Assembly (NCBI GenBank): GCA_964016885.1
Contig: OZ024740.1
Span: 406,348,001-406,412,000 of the forward strand
Direction of reading: 5' to 3'
Source of the DNA: Eledone cirrhosa
Lineage: Eukaryota
Length of the DNA stretch: 64,000 bases
Shown: positions 30,523 through 43,880 of the stretch, one piece after another
How the letters are laid out: the number at the start of each line of letters is the position of its first letter
How positions within the stretch are numbered: the first letter of the stretch is position 1
Notes under the pieces: generated by a model
Database searches by the model: none
Told to the model about the DNA's origin: nothing
What the model saw: only the letters and a program-made list of their open reading frames with translations
Made by a program: the position numbers and the translations under genes

Positions 30523-31726
30523 GAAAAAATAAAATACCTGCTTTAATAGAAAATGTATAGTCTGCAAATTAAGCCCATAAATTAACTGCAAAACTAGAAA
30601 CATAGTATATAGATGTACGGATGGACAGTGTAGGAATAGGAACACAAATATTCAAAAATTTGAATAAATTTAGTGAAATACCTAAATATTTAATCGTCAA
30701 GTAGATGTTTGGAGTATTACTTAAACAGTTATTTCATAAAATTATGATAGAAGGTTTTAATATAAGTATGAACGCTTTAAAATTAGCAGTTCTGTACCAT
30801 AGAAACAGGAGCTGTTTCAGGTGATTTGTTATGAAAGGGTCAAAGTCAACTCACTTGAAAACTAACCAGTGAGAGCTGCTACATAATCACTTGATTCACT
30901 GAACATTAAACAAAGATACAGAATGGCAATGAAACAATGAAGTTCAACTAAACATAAATAACATTATGGATATATTCTATCTACATCTGGGATGCTCGAC
31001 AGATTATTCCTGAGCCTTTCGTCATTTCTCTCAGCCATGTTTCTGCTCAGACAAAGCTGTCCAAGATTACACAGTAACATCATTGCTGTAAATGGTTACC
31101 ATTCCAAACTCACACTGGAAAGTTTAGCCAAGAATAATACTGTAAAATATTAGATGCAAAACAACATTATTATCATCGTTTAATGTCCCCTTTGCCCGCT
31201 AACAAAGGTTGGACAACAATGTACAGAATATCTGAAATTGGTGGTTGATTAAAATTTATGCCAATAAAATTCAAACAAAAAATATTTATATAAAGTCTTG
31301 GACACAAAATATCTTGCTATTTTTTGTTGTTTAGAATTCAAAATATATATATTTTAAGATATGGTTTTATAAAAGTACTTTACACACGCTAGACACTAAG
31401 TTGTAAATAACTGAACAGTTGTCAGTACAACTTCAAATATATTTGTTTCTTTTAACCAAATGGAAGGTTAACTTTTGATAAGAAAAGGAGTGTAGTGGTT
31501 TAAATTGAGTTAAATATATTACTGGTACTTATTTTATCAATAACAAACAAATGAAAGACAAATCTACCTCTGAAGTTATGAGAACTCAAATACAAGGATT
31601 AATCTACATGCTGTAATGAATCCAGTCTGATTCAGAAGCATTTCTGACATTACACTGTCCTAACAAGTTAACATTGTTTTTTATAAAAGAATGAATTGCA
31701 AAATCATTCCAGCAGAATATAGATAC

Positions 31727-32582
31727 TACTAGCAGTAGTATTTTGGAATGTGGGCCGCCAACAGACCTACTGCATGCCTCGACAATATGTAAAGAAAATG
31801 GCTGGATAATCTTTAAGATTTTCCTCGATGAAGCAGGAAAAATGCAGGTTTTCACCTAATGCGGGCCCTATTGGATCAAGAAAATGAATTTTTTTTATGT
31901 GCACAATATACCTTGAAATTTCGGGAAAATCGGCTAGACGTAACGCCTCAAAAAAGCCCTAAAAAGTTGACAAAATGAAGTTTTTCACCTAATGCGGACC
32001 CTAGGCCATAAAAAGTTGGATTTTCTTTGCTCACGGTATGAAGAAAGAACTGACTAATACATAGTTACAATTTCAAAGAAATCAGTCTGACGTAATGCCT
32101 CAAAAAAAAACCCCTAAAAACCTGGAAAAAACGCAATTTTTCACCTAATGCGGGCCCTAGGGGATGAAAAAGTTGAATTTTTTATGTGCATAACACTCCC
32201 TGAAACATAAGTAATACACATATAAAGTTTGAAAAAAGTCGGTTGGGTACTTTGAGTTTTAGGGATTCAAACTCTCTCTCACACACACACAGGGAAGTGA
32301 CATAATGCAGAGTCAGACATACAGACAGATATTATAAGGGCGCAACGTTATATGTATGTATCTAAAAAGAGAAAGACTAAGAATTATAGAGAGAGATCGC
32401 TAAATCGCCTAATGCGGTTCCTAGGGCATTGAAAATTTGAAATTTCTTTTTCTCAGAACACTCCCTGAAACAGAAGTATTACATGTGTAAAGTTTGAAAA
32501 GTCGGTTGGGTGCTTCTCGAGTTTTAGGGATTCAAACTCACACACACACACAGACAGACATCCTCAGTTTTATCTATATATA
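31727..32582 (+). mobile_element. Helitron/Helentron-type non-autonomous element with ~130-160 bp tandem units
   Basis: ACTAGCAG start, four C(A/G)CCTAATGCGG-headed units with AAA(A/G)TC(G/A)G motifs, ends CAGACAGACATCCTCAGTTTTATCTATAT. Superfamily assignment is from general family resemblance. Confidence 0.65.
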
Positions 32583-32602
32583 TAATAAGTTCAACAAATA
32601 AT

Positions 32603-32788
32603 TGTTTCTACTTTTGGCACAAGGCCAACAATTACCCCAGTGTATTACTGGTACTTTATTTTATTGACCCCATAAGGATGAAAGGCAAAGTTAACCTCGG
32701 CGGGATTTGAACTCAGTCCGTAAAGAGACGTAACTGTGCTGCAAAGCATGGCATCCGACCCTCTACCGATACTGCCAATCCACCGCCC
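32603..32788 (-). mobile_element. tRNA-derived SINE (13.4 kb family), young
   Basis: 20-bp TSD TAATAAGTTCAACAAATAAT at 32583-32602 and 32789-32808. Near-identical to 56656-56842. Confidence 0.92.
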
Positions 32789-33569
32789 TAATAAGTTCAA
32801 CAAATAATGCCATATGTATACTGGTCTTTAGAATAGATACATTATATCTCTGTATTGTAAGAGGCAATTAAAAGGACATTATTCCTGCCAATTCAGGAAG
32901 GGCATTTGGCTGTAAGACGTCTCAAAACATCTCAGCCAACCCATGCCAACATGGGATGTAGTGATGAGACTGATGGTATTACTATTTTTGCCCACTAACT
33001 TCATGAATTACATAATGGCTTCTGTTAATATTAGCAGAAAGTAAACAGGTAAAATAAGTAAATTACTCCACTACCAGTTTTTATATTTTCCATTGATATT
33101 CACTGCCAATTTGACTATAAACCATAAATTGTGATAATGTGGAACATTAATCATCACAGAGTTAATCAAAATTAAAATCTAAATTATACACACTTTGGAA
33201 ATATTTTGTTTCATTTGCTTGTGAGTTGTGGGAGTGCAGGACTTGTCATATATCAACAATATTATGTAATATTCAGTAAAACTAACAGGAAACATGGGTT
33301 GGATCTTGAAAAGATATTTGTGAAAATACTTTAAAACTAAGATGTCATTAAGAAAGAAATTAATTAGTTGCTACAGTTAATAACTAAATATGAAAATTAA
33401 TCTCCCCAAAAGATATAATTGAAAAATGTTTGTTCCTTCATTTTCCTCTGTTACCCATCTCCCAACAAACCCATCTTAAAACAATTTTCATTGCTATCAA
33501 CTTCAAGAAAACAAAGAATACACCCAGGGAGCAATTCTAACATAGTAAAAATGGGCACCAAATCAATGA

Positions 33570-33748
33570 TAATAATAATTATTTCAAATTTAGACACAGG
33601 GCCAGTAATTACATATCAACCCTAGTGCTTGACTGGTACTTTTATAGATCTCAGAAGGACGAAAAGCAAAGTTGAGCCTAGCAGGATTTGAACAAATATT
33701 GTTAACCTTTTGTCTGACACTCTAATGACTCTGCCAATCCACCACTCT
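33570..33748 (-). mobile_element. tRNA-derived SINE (13.4 kb family), diverged
   Basis: CTGGTACTTT...GCAAAGTTG...GGATTTGAAC...CTGCCAATCCACC on the + strand. Confidence 0.7.
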
Positions 33749-33801
33749 CAAACAAGAGTTTACATCAAAGAAAACATTATGACAATACAGGACGAAAACA
33801 G

Positions 33802-33827
33802 AGTGTGTGTTGGTGTTGGTGTGTGTT

Positions 33828-33922
<95 letters not shown>
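33802..33922. repeat. (GT)n microsatellite
   Basis: Direct observation. Confidence 0.97.
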
Positions 33923-33923
<1 letters not shown>

Positions 33924-34149
33924 GGTGTATGGGTTTTGTTTGTAAACAAATTTTAACTGTTAAAAAAAATATATAAAATTAAAGTTCGCGGGTCATTCGT
34001 AGAAAAAACCCCATAAAACCACGGATGCTCTCATCTTTAGGGTAAGTGCCCTGTTCCAGTTGTATTCCTCCAATCTACAGGTTTACACTCAGAGTGGGCC
34101 CATTCACTCGGGCCATGCTCACTTCTCTCACCCACCTTTCAACAATAAT

Positions 34150-34372
34150 AATGGTTTCTGATTTAGGCACAAGGCCAACAATTTTTTTGGAGGGGGGGGG
34201 GGGGGCGATAAAATCGACCCTAGTGCATTACTGGTACTTTATTTTATCGACCTCATAAGGATAAAAAGCAAAGCCAACCTTGACGAGATTTGAACTCGGA
34301 ACATAAAGAGCCATAACTATACCACAAAGCATGATGTCTGACACTCTACTGATACTGCCAATCCATCACCCT
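34150..34372 (-). mobile_element. tRNA-derived SINE (13.4 kb family) with internal poly-G
   Basis: Family motifs on the minus strand, flanked by AACAATAAT direct repeats. Confidence 0.82.
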
Positions 34373-35123
34373 AACAATAATTATAACAATGATGATGATA
34401 TGAAAATAAGAAGAAAAAAAAGCTGACATCTTAAACGTTACAAAACTTAAGAAAAATTAGTGAATATAAATGAGTTCTACAGCTACTGGATTATCAGAGC
34501 ACCACTTGAAGTCTTTACGTTTATGTTGTCTAATCTAGGAAAAGTCAACGTTTGTAAATGAAGTCCATCGTTCTCCAAGCAACAACAAAAATGGAAGCAT
34601 CTGAAATGTGCACTGTATGCCAATGGACTAATCATCAATATACAATACAGATGATCACCCGAAATTATTATTCCTTTCTAAGAACCCACTCCCAGAAAGA
34701 AATAATTACATCTTATCTACATTCATTTGAAAAAAATATTTGTGTAAATTATAACTCAATGACCTTAAAAATGGACTACACTGAGTGAACAAAAATACAA
34801 AATAACAATAAAGAGGTAAATAAAACAGTGAAACTTATTCTCTAGTGACTATGAAATTAACAGGAAATGACAAATATATGGTTTCATTGTAATTAATCTT
34901 TAATTATACAATTTCCAAATATATTAGTTGAAACTGAGATAATCTATAATTATAGTAAATGCTCTTCTTGATTTCCCATTACATATCTTGATTAGATATA
35001 TGCCTATTTCATTAGAGAGAGATAGAGAGAGAGTGTGCATACATATACACTCACACTCGCATACATACCTATATATATACCAAGATAATAATAAATGGAA
35101 ACTATATTTATAAAACCATATTC

Positions 35124-35186
35124 ATTTTATTATATATATTTCAAGGGCGACCAAGCAAATCTTGGTGCTCTTTCATCAGATAAAAT
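35124..35186 (-). ncRNA. Type I hammerhead ribozyme
   Basis: ATTTTAT-CTGATGA-AAGAGC ACCAAG atttg CTTGGT CGCCCTT-GAAA-TATATA-TA-ATAAAAT. Perfect 7-bp stem I, palindromic (AT)n stem III. Confidence 0.82.
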
Positions 35187-36088
35187 ACAAAATTTGTTTT
35201 ATAAATAATGACATACCTATGGAAATCACACCTTAACGGTCCGAAAATTCGCTGGATAGTGGAATTTTTTCCAGAACTTTTAATATTTTTATATTATATT
35301 TTTTAATATTTAAATATTTTTTTATATTTTTTTAATATAACCAATAACTAATTTCTGGCTAAATATATCTTTCAAAACTTAGTATGAGACCATTTTGACG
35401 AAGATATAACTAATAAATAAACAAAATTGGGATTTTCACTATCTTCCCAATTTAAAATATTAAAAACATATAAATATTCATATTAATTCAATTAATTTAA
35501 TTACTTACACTAAATATAAATATAAACCAGTATCCCTCATAACTTATTAAAACAATTATCTATAACAGAATATACCCATATATCCACTCATATATCCATT
35601 CCTCTATTCATATATCTATTCTTCTATCTATCTATTTTCTACTTATATCTATTCATTCTCAATTTATTTTTCAATATATATTCTTATATTTTTTCTATAT
35701 ATCTATTTTTTCTATATATCTTTATACCTATAAAAATTAATATTATATTGTATTATATTAGAATTCTAACAACAAAATAATTACTAAAATATACGTAACT
35801 TTAATATAAACTTAAGACTTATTTACGTTATGAGTTCATCCTCTGTTAACTTTCTCTGTCTATTTCTCTATATATCTCATAACAGTAATTGTTTCGCTCT
35901 CTTTCTTCTCATCCACCCCCAGCGTAATATAAATAAAGGGTTGTTTTTTTTCAATTTTTCATACATTCATTTGCATATTCACACACAACTTTGAATTACC
36001 CCTAATAAGTCTCCACTATCCAGCGAATTTTCGGACCGTTAAGGTGTGATTTCCATGGGTATGTCATTATTTATAAAACAAATTTTGT

Positions 36089-36155
36089 ATTTCATCTGAT
36101 GAAAGCGCACCAAGATTTGCTTGGTCGCCCTTGAAATATATATATATAATAAAAT
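36089..36155 (+). ncRNA. Type I hammerhead ribozyme (inverted twin)
   Basis: ATTTCAT-CTGATGA-AAGCGC ACCAAG atttg CTTGGT CGCCCTT-GAAA-(TA)6-ATAAAAT. One mismatch in stem I. Confidence 0.8.
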
Positions 36156-36323
36156 AAATATAGTTTCCATTTATTATTATCTTGGAATATTTACTCCAGT
36201 AACTTGTTGAGTGCTCTATATCAGTTATAAACATTTATGTTTGTCGGAATTCCAACAAATTAAATACAACTCCTACATATATATATATATATATATCAAA
36301 ATGATGATGATGATATATATATA

Positions 36324-36429
36324 TATATAATGTTTAATATAGAAAAGGCTTCTACAGGACTAGAACTGTTTCATTCGAATGTAACAGTTCTAGTCCTATA
36401 GAAGCTTTTTCTATATTAAACATTATATA
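36324..36429. repeat. Spacer-less palindrome, ~53-bp arms
   Basis: Centred on CATTC|GAATG (36376/36377), about three mismatches. An arm fragment recurs at 61021 (AGTCCTGTAGAAGCC). Confidence 0.92.
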
Positions 36430-36742
36430 CTCTACTATGTATTGAGTACCTTACTTATTGGGGTTACACCCGATTGAACCAGGGATACACACACACGCAT
36501 ATAAATATGTTTGTATGCATGTAAAAGGTAAACAGAAATAACAAAAATAACAAAACAATCAGCACAGTACATGGAAGAAATATATTAGTTTAACACTTGA
36601 AATAGCAGATAGAGAGTCTTAACATTTCAGACACTAGTCCATCAAAAGATAGAGTAAGAAATAGAAGATAAATAAAAAGTAAAGAATGATGAGAGGAAGG
36701 AACGGGAAAATGAGTAAAAAAAACGTGCAGATTCAGTCAGCC

Positions 36743-36787
<45 letters not shown>

Positions 36788-36788
<1 letters not shown>

Positions 36789-37021
36789 TGAAGAAATGCC
36801 TGAGGAAGAAGTGCCAGGAAATGCCAGTTGAAGGAAGACGTGGTAGAGGTAGACCACGAAAAACATGGGCGGAGGTGGTGAGAACAGACCTCAGATCATT
36901 GAAGCTCACGGTGGAGATGACGAGGGACCGTGACGAGTGGAGAGATGCTGTGCTGAATAAGACCCGTCCCACCCTTGCAAGCAGGGAAAAGCTGACGTAA
37001 AAATGATGATGATGATGATGA

Positions 37022-37025
<4 letters not shown>
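36788..37025 (+). mobile_element. RTE LINE extreme 3' end, young
   Basis: KKCQEMPVEGRRGRGRPRKTWAEVVRTDL...DRDEWR, tail CCCGTCCCACCCTTGCAAGCAGGGAAAAGCTGACGTAAAA(ATG)n. Confidence 0.92.
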
Positions 37026-37076
<51 letters not shown>

Positions 37077-37080
37077 TAAA

Positions 37081-37665
37081 GTTAGTCCTTCATCAGTGAT
37101 CTTCCAACCATCATTGGTATTTCATCGCTTTAAAGACCATATACCTCCGGTTGGTGCGAGCAACGGCTAAAAAAAAGTCGTTGGGACACGTAAATAAAGG
37201 GGACACGAGAGTGTAAACAAACAAAGATGGTGAAGCAACGAAAAGTGAGGAAGAAAGAGTCAAGTCCCAAATTTCCATGAATATAAGTTCGGTGAAATCG
37301 TGAACGAGAGAGAATAAAGACCATCAAACCTGGTTGGAATGTGAGCAAGGAAGGAATTCCGTACAGGTCTAACGGGAGGAAGAAGGAATCTAGTCTGTGA
37401 ATTCGGTGAACATAAGTTCTGTGAAATCATAGACGAGAGAGAGAAAAAAAGCGAACCTGCCTGACCAAGGGTGTGAAAGAAAAGAATTACGCACAGGTCA
37501 AACGGGAAGGAGGAGGAGGAGTGGTAGTAACAGAGAGTGAGTGAGTGATGGGTGAGGAAGAGGCTAACAGAGAGAGTGACTGTTAGAGAGGGTAAAGATA
37601 CAGAGAAAGAGGAAGCAGTAAGAACGAAATAGACGGGTCACAGCGGGGGAAAAAATGTGTGTAAA
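37081..37665 (-). mobile_element. Unclassified repeat, probably PLE-derived, with ~120-bp internal duplication
   Basis: CCCGTT(T/A)GACCTGT...TTTCAC(A/C)GAACTTAT present twice on the minus strand. Ends in a truncated ACTGATGAAGG hammerhead-like 5' half at a (TA)n tract. Confidence 0.45.
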
Positions 37666-38067
37666 TATGAGAATAATATATATATATATATAAAGCTTAA
37701 GCCAAAATCTCACTTTGGGGAATACAAGCCAAATCAGTTAAAAAAGTCGGCTTTAACTTATATAATATCCAGACCATAGTTTCTGGAACTCAAGATACAT
37801 CAGGAATTCTAAGATATTGAATAAACAATATTGGAAGAAATAAAGTTCCTTCATTGGGGGGTGAATTCTTCTTAGAAATAAGGGGACAATTGAAAATATA
37901 TCATATATACCATTTTGTTGGGAAATATATATTTCACCTGCTTAAAACCCATTAAACCAGTATTTAAACTGGGTTTTAAAATTATAAGAAGCCTAACTAC
38001 TAAATAAGTTACTCAAACTGAAAAGATATCATTTGTAGACACATACTAAATACAAGAAAGAGTTTAG

Positions 38068-38255
38068 ATGCATTGCTGAACCTGCTAGAAATAGGAGCCA
38101 AATCTCCCTCACCAGTTTAAAAAAATGTACAGTACACATTTGATAAGATAGTCCTAGATACACTATCTGAAATAAAGATGGGCTGTTCACTGTTGGAATG
38201 CCTTTAATCATAGGTCTGTCCATCCATAACTCAACTTGGGCTAAAGAACAACTGT
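38068..38255 (+). repeat. Old interspersed repeat (SINE tail-like)
   Basis: CCTGCTAGAAATAG..GCCAAAT...GTTGGAATGC...TCATAG.TCTG...GCTAAA motif string, also at ~57850-58050 and partly at 23645 and 42050. Confidence 0.55.
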
Positions 38256-39371
38256 TTCAACACAAGTAGCTTAACTACAACTATATATTTTTCTACTGTA
38301 CACAGGAAATATTAGATTTAAGTTTACACCAAGTTTCATGTCAGATACATGAACAATAACTGAATACGTTACAAATGAGACCATGCTTAGTGTTTCTGGA
38401 TAAAAAAAAAAGTTAATTAAAACAGACAGTTGAGGTTCATTTTCTGTTTGTGCTTCTTATTCCTAGATATTAACCAGGCCAGTATTAAAACAAAATTCTA
38501 CACTTTGGTATTTTAACTATTTGACCCCAAAAAGATAATGAGTTTGTTGACAAGAAGCCATTACAAAAATGTTGACTCAGCCTTACTAAATTAAAGATAA
38601 AATGAGTCTGAGTGTGGTGGAAGATTTCTTTTGTTTCATTTTCTTTCTTTCTTTATTACATTTTTTTTTTTTTGTGGTGGAGATAATTGCACCAACATTC
38701 TGGTAATTTATCATCAACTAGAAAGATTGCAACAAGAGGGTAAATTATCATAGCTAGGTTATGTATATATAACATAGAAATGAAATATCTAAATCAAACA
38801 GAATGGTTAGCTTTTTTGCTTAGGATTACAACACAGTAAAAACATTATAGTTTCCTGCATTTAGTCACATGAATAAATTTATAAAGAATTTGTAAATACA
38901 AATATATTTCTTTAATATTGAAGAGTTTGCTATTTATATTATCAACAGAGCCAGATCAAAATCAAAACACTGAAAAGATTAAGATACAATATACTGTTTA
39001 TGGAATAAACTTCAATATGCTGTACTGAAAAATACTCTATGGGGCCCTACGGATAGACTTATTCTAATGGTTAATCTAGGGCTGATTACTAAAATTACTG
39101 GATCTTTTAACAAGGGAAATTAGTATTCTACTAACATTCCAACTAATTACAATTTATTCAAAGTTTATTCAATTGTTGCTTGTTCCAGTTATGACAATAG
39201 AAATATACTGTCATTTTCTTGTGTACTGCAGACAATATTCTTAAAGCCAGTAATGATGCAGAGGCATGAGCAAAATATGGGTGATCCCATCACCTCTTTA
39301 ACACTTTTACAATCTCATACAATTCCAAGCTTATTTTGTATATATACCACTAGGCAAGATGAAAAATTGTT

Positions 39372-39604
39372 TTAATCCTTTTGATAGCAACCTGCCCAAA
39401 ACTGCCTCTGGTTCTATGAAGCAGAATCACTCATTTTAAAGGGTTCCTATTTGAATAAACTCTTCCAACATAATTTGATATAAGAACCTTTTGTTAAATT
39501 ATGTTACAAATACTATTGTAGTAATAAAATAATCAAAATAATTTTAATAAAGCCCTTCAAATTCTTCATTGATCAATTCAAATACAATGTAATGAAAGGG
39601 TTAA
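39372..39604 (+). mobile_element. piggyBac-like MITE family B, diverged
   Basis: TTAATCCTTTTGATAGC...GTAATGAAAGGGTTAA. Confidence 0.7.
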
Positions 39605-41554
39605 AGAATTGCTTTAAGTTTAAAGCTCCTAAAAGACTGAATCTATTCCTAGTTGAAGCCAATAACATTTTGCTTATATCCTTGGGAAAGAACTCTCACT
39701 TACTTATCTCCCATCTTCAGCCAGAGAAAAGCAATGAGAAACATCATCCATATAATCTTCCTTTGTACACTATGGCAATCCTATAACAGGCAACATCCAA
39801 AAACAGATTTGCTGCTTTTGAAGAAGGAAATAATCTAAAGCATTTAAATCTACTATCTATAGAAAGGTTTTTAAGTGATACATTTCAATTTTAATAATCA
39901 TTAAAATTTAATGGTTACAAGATTAGTCTCTATTATCTTTATTATTTGTCTTTTATACACTTTTCTTTTTTTTTTGCAGGGGGGGGGGGGACACAAATCC
40001 AAGCTTTAAATTTATACAATAAGCAGATAACTGTTGATCACTTAAATATACTATTATAAAAAAATAAATGCTTTCCAACAATTACATTTTGAGATTAATT
40101 ATTATAATAGGAAAGCTTCATTGAATTAAGATTATCTTTCAGACTATTCTATTTAAATTTAGTATTTTTCAATATATGTTCAATCCTAAGCCCTATAATT
40201 TTGTATAAGTTAAAATATGTACCAAAGACAAACATAAAGACTATATTAATTGTAAAGTATTTTACTTCACAGTACAAATAACAATTTAATAATTTATTTA
40301 ATTTAAAATTCCAATGAAAACCACAAAATGTTTCTTAAAGAAAGGGGGAGAAAAAGAGGAAAGGAGCCAATTATCAAATCAGATGAAGGAAACAATGTTT
40401 TTATTGGTCTTGTCTTAATCAGATCTACACAACCCATGCCAGGACAGCCCATCATCTCCATCAATTGAAAATGAAAGACAGCCCAGCATACGACTGTGGG
40501 GACCCTGGCCAGAAAGTGCTGAGAATGAGAAAAAAAATTACTTCAAATGAAAAAAATAATGGAAGTTTTCATAGAAAAATCATGAAAATTCTTTCACTTA
40601 GTCTAAGGTATACGTATACTGATCATAGACTGTTTACACAAGCCTATATTGAATGAAATTGGGATAACTGGGAGTTGTTAATTGTTCAGATTGAATTATT
40701 GCAGGTTAACAATTCAATGGAAAGCACATTGAGAGGGATATCCTGACATATATTTCTAGTAAAGTGTCAAAACAGTAGGGGTGACAAAAGAACAGTTACG
40801 TACACACTATGGTTGTAGGTATGGGTTTAGAGTAGTCTTAAGTATCATGTTTGTAATGCATAAGTAGGATACACGAATTTTACATAGATATCCTATTTGA
40901 AATAAGAGTATTGCTGTGTTCTGAATGACTGATTTTCAAATGAGTGTAAATTTACCTAATGGCATTACCTTTACTCGAGTGCTCTGAAAACTAGTAGTAT
41001 TCTCCCCCATTAGGTGTCATGGTTAATAAGGAAAAACAAAATTGTGAGTAATGAAATATATATATTTATTTTTTATATTATATTTGTTAACACTTTAAAC
41101 ACTAACCTACCCCAAACCACCTCTATTAAAGAGTTCAAATTTTAATACAAATCTTGAACTAAAATTTCTTTATTACATGGTAGATATTAGATTTCAGTAG
41201 TTAAATATGTCTTTTATTAGTTTTATTAATTACTTTGATAATTAAAATACAAAGGCAGTATATTTCTTAATAAAAAGATGGTAACAAAAGGGTTAATAAG
41301 TTTATTAAAACGTTTAAAAAAAGAAAGAATTATTAAAAAAGAAATATTTTTTTTTTTTAAATTAATTTAAAATAATAATTATTCATTATTAGAATTTCTA
41401 ACTCACTCAAAATATGGGTCCTTAAATGTGTTTTGTATCATATTGCTAACAGTCCCCAGATATTTTTTTAAGAACTAAAGTTTCATAAAGTATTTTTAAT
41501 AGTCAGAATTGTAAGATTTCAAGTCAGATTTTAAGCCATCTAAATAACATGATG

Positions 41555-41830
41555 GGAGGCAACGAATTGGCAGAGTTGTTAGAACGTCGGATAGAATGCT
41601 TTATGGTATTCGTTCTGGCTCTCTGCATTCAAATCCTGCAGAAATCAGCTTTGCGTTTTATCCTTTTGAGGTCGATAAAAAAAGTACCAGTCTAGTACTG
41701 GGTCGATTCTTCCTCTATATCCCTTTCTCATTTGCTCTCTCTCGCTTTCTCTGGAAGAAATCTGCTGTATTCAGACCTGGAGAGGGATGGGCTCCGCCAG
41801 GCTTAAAATGCCCAAGAAATGCTGTATATC
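41555..41830 (+). mobile_element. tRNA-derived SINE variant with alternative 3' module
   Basis: Head of the 13.4 kb family joined to TCTGGAAGAAATCTGCTGTATTCAGACCTGGAGAGGGATGGGCTCCGCCAGGCTTAAAATGCCCAAG. The module also occurs at 10100, 26900, 43430-43510 (-) and 50370. Confidence 0.75.
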
Positions 41831-42831
41831 AATACAATGCCCCTACAACTATCAGCACCATACCATACCAAATAACATGATAATTCTATGTTATATTTTA
41901 CATGTAGTAATATATACCAGAGTATACTCAAATAATACACAATGAGCAATACTTATTAAGATGTTAAATAACTGACCATACAGTATTGTAACTGGGCATA
42001 TTACTTTCCAGTTCAGTTTACCAAACAAAGAGCACTACACCTATATTTCAATAGCAGAAATAGCAACTAACTATTCAAAAAGAACATTATAGAAGAGTTC
42101 AAAAGTGCAAAATCATCCTATCTATGAGTAAACCGGTGTAAAACAATAATTAAGAGAATTATAAAAGATAGTCCTGGATAAAGATAGTTTGAAGGTCTTC
42201 ACCTTCATAGAGGTTAAGGAATCAACTTCGATTGACTATCAATAATTTTCTATTTATACATTTATAATTTACTGGGTCCATAAGGTGTGAGTCCCTAAGC
42301 TGTAAATTAATTAGATAATCCAGAAGATTATACACAACAATAATAATATCAATATTCTCTTTCATATTTTCCTTGTTGGCCCTTCAAGCATAATTACAGC
42401 TTAGATTTGATGATTTATAAATAGTATTACACAATAATATGGTATGTTAGAATAATGTAACATCAAAACAACTAATATGAAAGTATTGGAGATGGTACAG
42501 TAAATAACAATAGAATAAAGCAATAAAGGTAAATGTACACATAAAGACATTACAGCAATAATATTAATGATGATAAACATTTTATGCTGACTTCTGATGA
42601 GAAAGAAATATTATAATTCTTTCTATATTTAACGATTTTTATCATAGTTACATAATTGAATTCAAAGCACCATAGTTGTTCATTAGATAGATGTAAAAAT
42701 AATACCACAATCTAGAATAAAAACCAGGCAGAAGACTAAGTTTCCCAAGAGCTTACTATTAATCTATCATGCCTAGCATCATACTCATTGGTTCTTGACA
42801 AACCTCGCAGACACTAAGTTTTTAGGGGCTT

Positions 42832-43104
42832 TTAGCCCTTTTGTTACTGTATTTCTAATGAAAAATACTGCCTATGGTCTCCAAATCATTTTGAAAATAA
42901 TCAAGATTTTGGAGAGATTAAGTAATATAACTAACTTTCTCAGGATCAAGTTGGTGTTTGAAACAAAGATTATTACATAAAATTATGATTGAATGTTTTC
43001 AAATAAATATAAACACAGTATGGCCTCAGCCGGATGGCTGAAACAGGTAAAAGAGTAAAAGAGTAAAATATACAGCTTTGCATCAGTTTGGTATCAAAAG
43101 GCTT
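42832..43104 (-). mobile_element. piggyBac-like MITE family B with a CR1-tail insertion (43017-43067)
   Basis: CCCTTTTGTTACTGTATTTC...GGTATCAAAAGG termini. The internal ATGGCCTCAGCCGGATGGCTGAAACAG(GTAAAAGA)n is identical to 54781-54830. Confidence 0.65.
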
Positions 43105-43409
43105 AGTGCTGGTTTTAATGTGTTAAGTGAATGAGATAAATTTTACTTCAATACAATGCTAGCCAATCTCAATATTATCAGATGATCTCAGATTTATTTC
43201 CCACAGCTAAGTGATGTGGATCAATCTAGAATAATGTGCTCTGCCCAGAAACAACCACAAAATGCTAGCAATAGTTGGAACATATCACCTAGTTTCCACC
43301 AGTCTCTCAATTATTCACTAAGTGAAATACAAATTCAACTATGAATCATCTAACTAACCTGATTAAATGAACCAAACAAAAAGTAGAAATAAACTATGTA
43401 TGTATGGCT

Positions 43410-43880
<471 letters not shown>

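Larger units (their letters stand above)
35080..36275 (+). mobile_element. Penelope-like non-autonomous element with inverted pLTR-like repeats
   Basis: 35080-35263 is the reverse complement of 36012-36185 (few substitutions, one ~15-nt indel). Each arm contains a hammerhead. ~750-bp AT-rich spacer. Confidence 0.8.

Noticed and set aside
31850-32420. Regularly spaced CCTAATGCGG repeats as a CRISPR-like array
   Set aside because: The intervening sequences are homologous to each other, the context is eukaryotic, and there are no cas genes.
36600-36665. Degenerate hammerhead on the minus strand (TTGATGGA...TCTGAAATGTTAAGA)
   Set aside because: Core too mutated to call from a single copy.
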